DNA of 63,674 bases, filler included, from Globobulimina sp. (GCA_003354225.1; 56 parts of 56 records of this genome joined end to end with filler, not necessarily neighbours in it); one strand, 5' to 3'; positions 47,072 to 60,814 are shown, counted from the first letter of the whole stretch. Numbers and translations are program-made. Notes: a model not told the origin generated them from the letters alone.

Positions 47072-47340
47072 TTGTAAATTTATTCACTTTAGACTGCTAA
47101 TGTATTTTTTTACTTTTTTATTAGTATTTATACACCGTGCATTTAAATTTAATTTTCTGAACCACTGAAATTTTGAAAAAAAATAATTTCCATTTTTCTC
47201 GAACCACTGAAATTTTAATATAAAAAACCCGAAAAAACCCTTTCTTTCCAATCTTTCAACTTTCCATTCTTTCGTATGTGCCATCTACATTCAATAACCA
47301 GCACACACAGACACACACCACTCATACCACCCAGCCTTAA

Positions 47341-47742
<402 letters not shown>

Positions 47743-47842
47743 NNNNNNNNNNNNNNNNNNNNNNNNNNNNNNNNNNNNNNNNNNNNTTAATTAATTAANN
47801 NNNNNNNNNNNNNNNNNNNNNNNNNNNNNNNNNNNNNNNNNN

Positions 47843-48853
47843 CCGAACCAATACTGATTCCATGGCCAGAGCCAAATTGCATGTCACGGATTGTCACATT
47901 ATTGGTTGGGATGGCAACGGAGAGACCATCTGCATCTTTGCCTGATTTAATTGCAATGCAATCATCGCCTGTGGTGATATATGAATTCTGCACTAAAACA
48001 TTGGAGCAACTGTCCGGATCGACTCCATCTGTATAACAAGGCCATGGTTTTGCAAGTAAGTAAGTAAGGTTTTCGCGCAAAAAAAACATTCACCTGTGTT
48101 TGGCCCGACTGTATTTATAGTTATATTTTCAATCAATATGTTATTGCTGAATAACGGATGCAAAGTCCAAAAGGGGGAGTTGGTTAAGGTCACATTAAAA
48201 ACGGTCAGTCCATCAATCCACATTAACTGCACCAAACAGGGTCGAATATTGGTATATGGCGCATTGTACCAACCCGAATGACCGTTGCCTTATCATCAAA
48301 TTAATGTATTTTGCAAAAAATAACGTATAGAAATAGGAGTACATTAAATACCATCAATAGTGCCGTATCCATAGATTTTGATATTTTTTAATGTTTTCCA
48401 ATTGTTTTTGCATTGATCGCCAATGGCGGATGAATTAAAATTGATTTTTGTGCATAAGCCACCATTTAACAACGAAGATTTGGTCATAACCATGGTACCT
48501 TCGCGCCGGGTATAAATAAATGGATAGGTTTCGTTGGATTTGTCCTCTGTGCCTAGTAAACGCACATTTGACTCGATTTTAAATTCTAAATTACTTTCTA
48601 ACCATAATGCACCGGATACATATACTGTTTCTTGACTTGATAATGAAGGCAATACTACGAGCGATCTGTCGCTATTTGAAGCAGCACTTGCTTTGGCACA
48701 GTCTGCAATGGCATCTTGTATGGCTTTGGTGTTTAAAGTTTTACCGTCACCTTTTGCACCGTAATCATTGATATTACAGGTTTTTATGATTGCAAATGAA
48801 GTTTGGATGAAGTACAGGACCACACGGAATACCAAGGGATACCGGGTTGACAT
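47843..48853 (-). CDS. Secreted GH28 polygalacturonase-like enzyme, two introns
   Basis: Signal peptide; DYGAKGDGKTLNTKAIQ, G.GTIDG, RPCLV, NSPFWTLHP, PNT|DGVDPDS, GDDCIAIKSG, GHGISIGS. Confidence 0.92.
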
Positions 48854-50118
48854 GATGAGACTCTTTGCGTTGAAAAAAAANNNNNNNNNNNNNNNNNNNN
48901 NNNNNNNNNNNNNNNNNNNNNNNNTTAATTAATTAANNNNNNNNNNNNNNNNNNNNNNNNNNNNNNNNNNNNNNNNNNNNCCCCAATCAGTATTTGCATC
49001 GAATAAATATTTCCAGAAAGCTCTAGTTAACGGCAACGATGATTTGGAGGACCATGTAAAGTCATAATTGCCCACTTCGTGTTGGTTTGGTATGTTGTCA
49101 GCAAATACATTATCTATATCCCAAGTGCATTACCTCTTTTTTTGCCATAATATAAAAGATAAACGTAATATCTTTTTGTTTACTATAATTTACATCCACA
49201 AACTGTAGCAATGAAATACTCCATAAAAGATGTTACAAGAATGTTGTATCAAGTTGGTGACTTTATTTAGTCTTGAAAACATTTATTAAAAGTTCTCAAT
49301 GGGCAAAAAGTTATCTCTGCCGAATCTTATAGATAACGCCAAATTAAGTTGCATTAGGCAAAAATACTGTGTTTGGCGATTACAATATTCACAATGCTAT
49401 ATTTGGTGATGGCAATATGTCTCTCTGCGGCGATTACAATGTCGTCGGAGATAATAATGTAATTATCCAATTTTACAACGAGACAGAAGATGATTATAAT
49501 CACAACCATGATAACGATGACAACGATGATAATAATAAGTCTGATGACAACAATGATAATCACGATGGCTACGATGACAGCGATACGTCTGACGATGAGG
49601 ATGATGATATCGATCATATTATAGATAAGAAACAAAACAACAACAACACGAATACGAATACAAACCCAAACACAAATACCATTACAAATAATAATAAACA
49701 ACTGCAATATTCAATACATCCAATTAGAAAATTAAAAAACAGGAAAAGAAAGCGCAATGAAATGGATTCAAAACCATAAATACTAAAAAAACGAAGTTAA
49801 ATATTACAAAATATTTATTAATTTGTGACAAACCTAACAAAACATAAACAAATTCGATCAGAATTAAATAAAGCTGACATTGAAGGTATAAAGAAAAAGC
49901 AATTAAGATTACAATATATGAAAATTAATCAATTTATCAATCATTTATTATCATTAAATGGCAAAGAATTAGAAAATATGTTATTATTAAAGAAAAGAGA
50001 TATAATGGAGAATATAAANNNNNNNNNNNNNNNNNNNNNNNNNNNNNNNNNNNNNNNNNNNNTTAATTAATTAANNNNNNNNNNNNNNNNNNNNNNNNNN
50101 NNNNNNNNNNNNNNNNNN

Positions 50119-50383
50119 GGTTATTCATTCTTTGCGCATAATCTCGTTTTAGCTCATATTTATAAAATATTTCAGGGTTCATCGGGAATTCTGTACCGTC
50201 GCGGTCGAAGTATAGGTATGGCGCAAATGTCTGTGCCAATTCTAAGTTTAGTTTGGCGATTTCTGCTTTGTCGGTCACTGCTCGGTCGGAATTGGTATCT
50301 TCTGCAGAATAATACCAATCAAATAAACGCGACGCTTGCAAACCTACAATTAATTGCGATAGAAAACAACACCACAGAGCCAT
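50119..50383 (-). CDS. Secreted protein N-terminus (Vps62/DUF946-like)
   Basis: Signal peptide; LAQTFAPYLYFD...EFPM.PE.F. Confidence 0.45.
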
Positions 50384-52722
50384 GGTGCAATATTTAATAA
50401 GCACAAGTTTTTTTTATCATGACACATACTCTGAATTCCATACTTCATCACGTTTTTTCGTCATCATTTATAGCAACGGACTTTATTTGTATCTCAAAGC
50501 GTAAAATTGGAATCTCACTGTATTCGCTCACATTTGATCGCAATTGAATTATAACTTGTTTTTTTTACAGAAACGAGTGGTTTTGATGGAAAATCACAAC
50601 TTGATATCGATATATTTGCTTGTAACACTTAAAGTGTTCAAAATGGGATTTATTAATTTTGATATTTGGTTCGGTGATTAAATAATATGGAAAACAAATG
50701 TATTTATTTGCACTTTCTTCCTCATTTAAATACAAGGAAGCAACGCCTTTCTGACATAGACGGATCGCTCTAATTCTTGCTTAAATCGGTGTGCACGGAT
50801 TCTGTGTCTTGTTTTTGTTTTTGTTGGCGTATTTTCCTCCGTTCTGACGATAATAAGGCTGCTCTAAGATATTTTCAACACCGAGCGTAGCGAGGTGAGT
50901 CAGGATTCGTTTTATTGAGTCGACTTTTGTATCTTTCAAACTTTTTATTATTCAGCAATTCATATATTTTATGGTATTTAATTCTGTATTACTGTGCAAT
51001 GTAAAACAATGCCATTGTGGATATTCTAGCCATAGTCCGTTGTTTCAATTATTGTTTGTTTATTGTATTCAAAACAAAATTGCTCATTTTTAGGAAAAAT
51101 AGTAATAGAATATCGTATGATTATTTATCCCCTTGGGAAAAGCGAATTTTTTGAGCNNNNNNNNNNNNNNNNNNNNNNNNNNNNNNNNNNNNNNNNNNNN
51201 TTAATTAATTAANNNNNNNNNNNNNNNNNNNNNNNNNNNNNNNNNNNNNNNNNNNNTGATAATTAGTTAGCTACATAATATATGATGATCCTAGAAACGA
51301 AGGTGGGAAACGATATTCGGATGCTTTATAACTGCCCTAATTAATTGTGGCATAAATGGGCTATTATTATTTAATAAATTTAGGAAATAGTTAAATTCAA
51401 AATTTACTCACTAGTAAAATATGGGTTGCATAATACCCCTATTCATACTGACTGTTTGTTATGCATCCAAACTACGGTATGACTAGAAACCTTTTGCGCT
51501 ACATGGAAAACTATTGTATTAGACCAAAAAGGATGCCAAAAATAGTCAGTTTTTTGCATACTTATGCCAGCTAGAATTGACTAGAGACTCACTGGTGATT
51601 TAGTCCAGTACAAAGCGGTAGAATGATCGAATTTTAGCACAAAAGGGAGCAATGATTCAATGATAAATGATATAACTATTTCCTACTGCATCACTACTTT
51701 TCAAATGGAATCATTCAAATGGTCTTTCCAAGAATTTTTCTCTCACCAAACAAAATGCAATGATGGTAATTAGGATTTTTCATTCAAACAAATACGTTCA
51801 AGAGAAAACACATTCATACCTTTTTATACATAAGTTCGGTGCATGTTAATATGGTAAAAAATAAAAATGGTCACTTTATTTCTTTCTATGAGGTTGACCA
51901 TTGGAATGACACCCTGGGTCTTGGTAAGTCGATTCAGAAATTGCATGTGTACCAAGCAAACTATATTGATCCTCTGGGGTCATTTTCACTGGTGATGTTG
52001 TCCAATTCCTCCCATGATCTATGACTGATTCTGAGGTAGCTTTGATAATCTGCTGTAGCAATATATGACTCAACTTTTGTTCTATCAAATTACAATGATT
52101 AGTTTGTCTGTCATTCAGTGTATTCATGACTTCAGGACTGTACAATTTACTGTTACCTAATTGTTCCAGTGGTTCCTCCATGATTGTGTGTAAAGCCAGT
52201 TCTGAGTTTGGAACTTCTGTATGATCGTTCATGACAGTGTCATATATCTCAGTCTCACCTTTATCAAAGCTTTCCATTATTGCCTTTGGTTGTTNNNNNN
52301 NNNNNNNNNNNNNNNNNNNNNNNNNNNNNNNNNNNNNNTTAATTAATTAANNNNNNNNNNNNNNNNNNNNNNNNNNNNNNNNNNNNNNNNNNNNGTGATG
52401 TAAATAGTAGGAATTCGTTTCTTGGTCCAACGATGGTAGGATTGATACAGATGATAGTACTGGTGATGGTAATGCATATCCTAGCTTTACAGCAAAAATT
52501 AAGTCCTAAAAAGACGACAGCATTGTTGAAATAAATGACTAGTTTTCTGAAGTTCCGAGTTCTAACTGATTGGCAACTGTGAGTAAAGAAAATCAAGGAT
52601 TTTGGAAATTTCTGTAAACTAAAAATACAATAAAAGTTTTATAAATATGACAGAAAAAGTCTATTTTGAGAAAAACATTAATTTTTGAGAAAAAGTCTAT
52701 AAATATGACATTAATTTTCGAG

Positions 52723-52817
52723 TAAAACAAAGAACAAAAAAAACTAACCAAAAAGTCATTCTGTCCCTCAGCCAGTTCTCGGCAAATCAGCAAATCACTC
52801 TCCTGTAGTCGATCTTG
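52723..52817 (+). repeat. Dispersed repeat C, copy 2
   Basis: Similar to 42785-42879. Confidence 0.6.
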
Positions 52818-52860
52818 AAGTTTTTTGTATTGCCTCTTAGAAAATAGTTAGTTAGCAGTA

Positions 52861-53432
52861 ATGGCAACAATACTTAACCGTTGGAGTATACTATGTGTGT
52901 CAATCTTGTTTGTTTTTTTCTCGTATGTCTTAAACCAAAAATGGGATGTTACAACAAAAAATACATTGTTGTTTCACCCTGAACGAGCACATTATTCCTC
53001 TCAACAATATATTGACTCAACATCTAATCGCTTATTTGAAGGTTGGTATTACAAAATCGCCTCAAACAACGTTCAATTTGGCATAATTCCGGGTGCGTAT
53101 CACAGCACAAATAAAGACGGAAATTACGCATTTATTATGTTCGTTGCATATGATTTTTTCTATGAATACAGATATCCCATTCGACAGTACATAACCGGGC
53201 ATGGTACAATTAACACACAACAACAATTTTATCTTAATATTGGGCCAAATAACTTTTCTCGCAATTCGCTATCATTATATTTGGAATCCAAATACCTTCG
53301 CACCATTCAGCCCATTGGCTATAAAAACATGAGTCATGCAATCAAAATTGAACTTGCTTTGGTTGACCAAGATGGCGGATTTCCAATCACATTGTTTCAA
53401 TTAGGTGCGATGGGATATTATGGCTGGATTCC
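52861..53432 (+). CDS. Tocopherol cyclase-like protein, N-terminal part
   Basis: FEGWYYKI, IIPG, IGPNNFS, GAMGYYGWI; N-terminal hydrophobic segment. Confidence 0.7.
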
Positions 53433-53532
53433 NNNNNNNNNNNNNNNNNNNNNNNNNNNNNNNNNNNNNNNNNNNNTTAATTAATTAANNNNNNNNNNNN
53501 NNNNNNNNNNNNNNNNNNNNNNNNNNNNNNNN

Positions 53533-54386
53533 GAAAATGGCCGTCTGCCCTCAATGCCATCACTACACCTTCTCCTCATATCCGTTTATTAATTGATTGG
53601 GTTCAAATGGTAAAAGCCAACATCCAAATCTTCAATATTAAGATCCAAATATTTGCACGGAAACCGTATTGGAATGTGGTTAATTTCTGGTCCACTCTCA
53701 TTGAAATGTTACAATATTATCTTGAAAATAATGTTCCAATCTGTTTTTTAATGGATTATAATTCCTATACACAATCATTTAATAATACTGCGCCAAAAAC
53801 GAATGTAATCCAATTTCTTTTGAGTACATTCGATCAGTTTAAAATGGAAGAATTTGATAAAAATAGGAAAATTAACATTTATGTGGCCAACCAAGGGGTC
53901 CATACCAATTCCAATCAACCACCGAATACCAATTATAACTATGTACAAAATGATCATGGCGACAATAATTATCGAGGTCGCAATTATGGCAATCGACATT
54001 ATGATAACCGTCGGCCACTCAGAAATCGCCCAAATGATCATAGTAATCGTCGACCACACAATAACCGACCAACTGATGCCCGACCAACAAAATCGAACTC
54101 GTATTATGATTCAAAGGACAATGTGCGTCTATTACGTCGTACCACATTTGATTGCGTGGCCGAATACGGCACGTCTTGTCCCAGTGATATGTGCGTATTT
54201 AAATTTGGTTTGGGCGCATGTACTAATCCAAGAGCACTATGTGGCACTGGCCCAAAAGCTAGATTTCGTCATATTTGTGCATTCCATCCCGACCAAGATC
54301 ATCCATTTAAAGCCTGTGAAGTGGCAAAATCAAAGCCAAATATTTATAAAAAATACATTGAGAAATTCAATGCAATCAAATTTTAA
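53533..54386 (+). mobile_element. DIRS/Ngaro-type gag-like ORF, C-terminal part
   Basis: N/R-rich linker, then C..F..G.C....C......FRHIC..H...H...C. Confidence 0.5.
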
Positions 54387-54745
54387 CTTATTACGAATGT
54401 GGAATATTTATCTGCATCCTTTATTTTTATTGGGATGATACTTTTTTCAACGAAAGCCTTAAAAAGGGAAATATTAAAACCTTAGACACGGATTTATATT
54501 TCTCCTTGCAATTACCCACGTCCAAACGTCTTTATCGCTTTGATTGTCGCTAGCATCTGCTCCGCAATAGNNNNNNNNNNNNNNNNNNNNNNNNNNNNNN
54601 NNNNNNNNNNNNNNTTAATTAATTAANNNNNNNNNNNNNNNNNNNNNNNNNNNNNNNNNNNNNNNNNNNNCAAATACAATGCATTTTGAAGTAAAAAAAA
54701 GAAAATAAAATAATAAAAATAACTAAAAATAAAATAAAAAGAAGA

Positions 54746-55708
54746 TTACTTAATTAATGTTTTAATTGGTTGCTTTTTACATTGTCCGTTGATATAAGAA
54801 CGTAATAAATCATATCTTGTGTCACGGACATATTTTGCAATTGCTTTAATTATTTGTATACGAAGTTTAATATCTAATTTAAATGATGGAAAAAATAGAT
54901 ATTTCTGTATATGGCTGCATGTGCCATTTTTATTGAATATTCTCCTATTTTTTTTCTTTTTCAACCAATCTGTTATGCTGATTATAAACACCTTCGATGC
55001 ACTCAAATAATTCGGCTCTCGGTGTTTGATAGTTATCTGCCTCGCATTCAACAAAATAATGCGTGATTGTTTCATCATATTGATTATGTTCACAGCTATA
55101 ATGTTGAGTGCACCACGGTTGGTAATGATGATTATTTGCCTTATAACACATATACGCATTTAAAGGCAGTTGGTTAGCCATACACATCACTCTTATATCA
55201 TTTTCCATGGTCGTGATATGGGGGATAACCATCGCAAACTTTTTGGGGTTCCAACCAACTTTGAGTTCGTAATAATGTTTGCCCCATTTCCAAATATCAG
55301 AACTAAAATAGATACCATATCTATATTGATTCCATAATTTGGCGTCTTGCATATTCGCCAAATGTTTAATCTCCGATTTCGTTGTTTTATATGCGATCAT
55401 ATTGTTTGGATTCAGCCAATTGTTATGATCGCCAAATAACACATATTGCTCATCCACGTCAAATAAATCACGTTGTGTATATTCTTTGCATTCGATATTT
55501 TCATTGTCCTCGTCATCAAATTCATCATTTTCAATATACTTTTTTTGAGTAAACCATAATTTGACCAAACCCGCAGCACATTTTGCGAGTATATCAACGT
55601 GATCGTTCAATTTCGATTCTGAGTGACTGTGTACCCAGAAGAATTTGATAAAATTGTCGTGATAATTGCAAGTTGCTATGATTGGTATTTGATTGTTTGC
55701 CTCGATGA
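54746..55708 (-). mobile_element. Non-LTR retrotransposon 3' end (RNase H end + Zn-knuckle), frameshifted
   Basis: FFWVHSHSESKLNDHVDILAK, C...C...ETITHYFVEC...Y..PR..L; frameshift in an A-run near 54950; T-rich tail. Confidence 0.75.
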
Positions 55709-55808
55709 NNNNNNNNNNNNNNNNNNNNNNNNNNNNNNNNNNNNNNNNNNNNTTAATTAATTAANNNNNNNNNNNNNNNNNNNNNNNNNNNNNNNNNNNN
55801 NNNNNNNN

Positions 55809-56712
55809 TTTCCTTTTCATCGCCCGGCATTTGTATTTGTTGTTTTTCTGAATGTACACTTTGAATTAAATACGGTGCAAAATGCAAACATTCCAAGCAA
55901 TGAAGCCAACCACTTCCAGGCTGCGATATCGTTTTTAATTGATCTCTGCAGCAAACCCATAAAGTTTCATTATATTTATTTTCTACAACATCAACATCAA
56001 AATAAGTATAAAAATGTAAGTTATTGTCGTCAAGTAACAGATAGTTAAAAATGTCATCGTTGAATCTATAAACAGTTTCAACCAATAATTCAAATTGATC
56101 GTCGATGGGATTTATTTTTAATTCTTCCACGACATATTTCAATCCAACCAACCATCCTTTTTTACAAATTGCTTCAATGATTCCATAGCCCGCAGACTCA
56201 TTACCATCGCTTATGAGTAAACCAAACAAATCTATTCTCGAAAATATATTTAAATCATATTCGATATTTCCGCCCAAGAAATAAAAAAAACATTGCCACC
56301 AACCTTCTAAACCTGCATCATATAAACAAATAACATCGCCAGTAATATTTGTATGCAGTATATGCGTCCTGTAATATATTAAATATTCTGTTAATGTGCT
56401 GTTGTCTTTTGCTCTTTGTCCATATTTCACGATGTCGGATAATTTAATTTTTAATTCTTTATCGTTAGGATCGTATTCAATTTGCTTCCATTTTGAACCG
56501 ATTTTAATTCCTTTTGGCTTATAAGGTTTACGCTGGCTATTATTTGATACGTTATATTGATGGTAATTATTGTTGTTTGTCGTGTGCGCTGATGGTTGTT
56601 TTTTGGCTCTCCAACCAGTGTTTGGATTTGTAGTGTTATAATATGGCTGATAGTGATTGTGGTAATATGTATTAGAACCACCGTATGCTTTATTCACACG
56701 TTGGGATGACAT
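55809..56712 (-). CDS. Hypothetical protein with possible ankyrin-like repeats
   Basis: N-rich N-terminus; AICKKGWLVGLKYVVEE, DDIFNYLL. Confidence 0.5.
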
Positions 56713-56946
56713 GCTCAAAAATAATGTATAAATCAATTAAAGTTTTCACCTAACAAGCCAAGCATGGGCTCCCTCTTAGATTGTTGTGCAGCGGATTCAA
56801 CTGAAAATACCGTGGATAACAAAGGCATAAAAAACATGGAAACACANNNNNNNNNNNNNNNNNNNNNNNNNNNNNNNNNNNNNNNNNNNNTTAATTAATT
56901 AANNNNNNNNNNNNNNNNNNNNNNNNNNNNNNNNNNNNNNNNNNNN

Positions 56947-57590
56947 GTAGAAGTAGTAGAGGAGGGGAGTAATGGCACGGCAGAGAAGAAGAGGCCGACC
57001 GCATATTCGACACCAGACTCTTTAAAGGGGCTCCCCATCGAACCACTAATATCCAAAACGAATACTAACATTAAATCAGGTCGGCCATACTTTAACATTC
57101 CATGCATTCCGTCATATTTTGAGGTTTCATGCCATCCCAACCAATATTCCATTTGTTGCGCATTTTCGTCAGTTTTGGTCTCAAATTCCAATTCTTGCGT
57201 TTTTTCTTCTTTTTTCTCTTCTTTTTTTTCGTCATCAAAATTCGAGATAAAAATAGCTAAATCGTCCAAGGAATTAATTAAATGGTTACCGTAATCACTG
57301 TCAATTATATTATTTTTGTCGACGAGAACTCGCGGAAATGGATTGTTTTTATCATTGGTGGTCACGGCCATTGTTACAAATGGAACATAGTCGCTTTTAA
57401 TCTCTTCCTCGATGCCTTGATCTTGCTTTTTATCGTAACTGAAGTAATGATCATAAAAGCTTGTTTCGTGCGATATGTCATATTCGATTCTTTTTGCATT
57501 TTTAACACCATTATTGATCATCATTGCCAATTGATTTCTGCTGGTATAGCCTCTGCTGCTTGAGCTTGCTTTTTGTTTTGAACGACCCAT
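56947..57590 (-). CDS. von Willebrand factor A domain protein, N-terminal part
   Basis: ISHETSFYDHYF; RPDLMLVFVLDISGSMGSPF (MIDAS DxSxS). Confidence 0.8.
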
Positions 57591-58179
57591 AGTGAGTACT
57601 GCGCTTTGGTCGAAGGTGGTAGCGGAATGTGAGAAAGATTAGGTTGAAGTTTTGGAAATGTTGGGAACTTCAAATTTACCGTAGGACAATAAATAAACGT
57701 AAATAGCTATTAATTGATTCAATTATTAAATATTAGTTGGTAATTGATTAGTGAATAAATGTGGATCACTAAAAAGTCAAATTAAAAAAGGAAAACATTT
57801 GATTAACGAACAAAATCTGTATTAATACAACACATATTTGATGCCATCAACCGCATAAATATGAATTTAACTGCTCAGAGTTAAATATCTTGTTTGCATT
57901 TCTAAACTTTGCATATGTTGATCCAAAGATAAATCCGCACAAAGAATGTACTGTTGAAAAATGGTATTAAATTACCAATATATCNNNNNNNNNNNNNNNN
58001 NNNNNNNNNNNNNNNNNNNNNNNNNNNNTTAATTAATTAANNNNNNNNNNNNNNNNNNNNNNNNNNNNNNNNNNNNNNNNNNNNTGCTCTACTTCGCCGT
58101 CCTTTTTTATGGCGACGTCGCTCCCGATGGCGGGCCACTCACATTGCGATGGAGCGCTGCGCTGGTGTTCCTTGTGCCG

Positions 58180-58970
58180 TGTTGGATATTTGCCCTTGTT
58201 ATCGATACCAAATTGAATCCAAAATGCTAACAATGTCTGTGTATCCAACGCATATTGCTGAGCACCACCGATTATAATCAAACCATCTGTATGTGCACGG
58301 ATTGCATTGTACTGTTACACAAAATAAATGAATTTAATATTAAAAATGCATTTATATAAACATTATATGGATCACATACCATTTGCTTCATGCCGGCATA
58401 GGTCGAATCACCGCCATAATATGCTGCAAAATCTTGTGGTTGTAACCATGGCTCATTAAATAATTCGTAAATAACCAATGGATTATTTGCATATTTTTTA
58501 CTGATGGTACTCCAAAACGTTACAGCACCTGCATTTGGACCAAATTTGGCCAGTGCCATTGCCGCGGACTGAGCTCCTTTACAGCCACTTATGGCAGAGT
58601 CATCAGGGCAATTCCAATGTAAATCAAACACCACAGCAACAGATGCATTGGTAAAAAACTCGACAATGGCATCGATTGTATTGACATAGTCGGCATGTTT
58701 ACCGCTATCAACATCTGCATCATACAAATAGCACGAGGCTGTCATTGGTATTCTCGTAATTGGGAAATGTTGCGGTATCTCGCTTGTAATGACCTGGTCG
58801 AATGGTGATTTGAATGGCACTTTTTTTGTTTGTGGAGTGCGTGCGAAATTGGAGCCTGTTAAATAATTTAAGACATTTTGTGGTTCTTTGTTTAATTTAA
58901 TTGGTCCGCCGGCTGAGGATGGACCGCCAAAACATGAAGTATATGCCCAATATCCTGGATAGGGATTTTG
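58180..58970 (-). CDS. GH5 endoglucanase-like enzyme, with intron
   Basis: RIPM, VVFDLHW, FWSTISKKYANNPLVIYELFNEP (acid/base Glu), GMKQM|YNAIRA...IIIGG. Confidence 0.85.
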
Positions 58971-59222
58971 TGCTATATATTGTTTTGAGCTATTGTGTAT
59001 TGTTTAATATAAAATAAAACAACACTAAACAATCCATGTTTGGCTTCATCATATACTCTGTACAGCTATTAAAATAATATGTGTTTTAATAGTATATTTA
59101 TGTGCAAAACAAAATGATATCANNNNNNNNNNNNNNNNNNNNNNNNNNNNNNNNNNNNNNNNNNNNTTAATTAATTAANNNNNNNNNNNNNNNNNNNNNN
59201 NNNNNNNNNNNNNNNNNNNNNN

Positions 59223-60260
59223 GAAGTAGTTCAGCTTATACACGGCAAGGTTAATGTAAGACTTGAGCATCAGAAAGTTGAAAAAGAGGAGTTTAATGAT
59301 TTTATTGCTAACTATGTATCATCTTTTGATTTAAGTAAAATACCACTCTTTAACATTGGTTTAATAAAAGTAATTGATGATAGAAACTATATCTTTTTAA
59401 ATATTCACCATATAATTGCTGACGGTGTTTCTTTACAAGTATTCTTTCATGAAATTGAACAACATTATTTTAATAAAACTATACCTGAATTATCAATTCA
59501 ATATAAAGATTATAGTGAATGGTTTAACTCTAGTAGTATTAAAAAATTTAAAGAACAAGAAGTATATTGGATAAACAAATTTAGTGATAATATACCTAAA
59601 TTAAATCTCCCATTGGATTATGCCAGACCTCTTATTCATGATTTTTCGGGCAACACTTTCCCGTTTCGATTGGAAAAGGAGCTAACAAATGAATTAATAA
59701 AATATTCCCAAGGGAAAAATATTACACTTTTTGTAGCTTTACTTTCAGTATTCCATTTGGTTTTATATAAAATCTCCGGAAATAAAGATATCGTTACTGG
59801 TGTACCTGTTTTAGGAAGAAATCATCCAGACTTGAAAGATGTAATAGGAATGTTTGTAAATACCCTACCAATAAGAAATAAAGTATCAAATAAAATGTCT
59901 TTCAATGAATTTATAGATGACGTAAGATCTATTGTTCTGGAGTCATTTGATAATCAGGATTTGCCATTTGAAAATATAGTTGATAAGATTGTTGTTGAAA
60001 ATGATATTAGCAGAAACCCTTTGTTTGATGTAATGTTTATTTATTTTGATTTAAAGGATTTTAATAATTCAGATGGTAGTGCTAAAAACAGTAGTTTTGG
60101 AAATATAATAAAGCAACCTGAATTAATTAGGAATGATCATTCAAAAGTTGATATTATGTTTTATGCATTTGAAGAAAATAATGAGCTAAAGCTATTTTTT
60201 AATTATTCAACAAAATTATTTAATCATTCTACAATTAAAAAAATTTCGGATTATTATAAG
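59223..60260 (+). CDS. NRPS condensation domain, bacterial type
   Basis: FDLSKIPL, IHHIIADGVS (HHxxxDG), IQYKDYSEW, LPLDYARP, IGMFVNTLP, SRNPLFDVMF; no introns. Confidence 0.95.
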
Positions 60261-60360
60261 NNNNNNNNNNNNNNNNNNNNNNNNNNNNNNNNNNNNNNNN
60301 NNNNTTAATTAATTAANNNNNNNNNNNNNNNNNNNNNNNNNNNNNNNNNNNNNNNNNNNN

Positions 60361-60765
60361 AATTCGGTTTTTTTTCTTCGCAGAAACCCCACGACCCACC
60401 ATTTGAAAGCAAAACATTGATAGGAAATCCACAGAATGTGGGTCATCGTCCAGTTGGTGTATCCAATCATTTTGCACGATCCAAGTGAGCCAAGTCTGCC
60501 ACACTAGAAACCTCAACACCACTACGTCAGCAAATGGAATGAGTTGAGAAATAAACGTGTAATGAATTCTAGTAAATTGAGTGATATTGGATTCATTCCG
60601 TGCTTTTTGTAAAACAAATTCTGCGCTCAACATCGCATCACCACAAACAGAATGATACGAATAACAACTTTCAATATCTTCCCCATCAGAATAATCAGAT
60701 TCAGAAGTATTGCAATATTGAATATCCAATGTAGCGATCACAATAAATGCTAAAGCGTAATTCAT
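60361..60765 (-). CDS. Hypothetical secreted protein, N-terminal part
   Basis: Signal-peptide-like start; ORF runs to the contig edge. Confidence 0.35.
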
Positions 60766-60814
60766 TGTATTTGTTTACTTGATTGTAAGATGAATTTGTT
60801 TAGTTTAATGTTGT

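Noticed and set aside
49369-49779. APE-endonuclease-like GDYNIH motif
   Set aside because: Only one short motif in D/N low-complexity sequence with stop-ridden flanks.
51257-52294. ORFs at 51839-52277
   Set aside because: No recognisable motif; cannot support a call.
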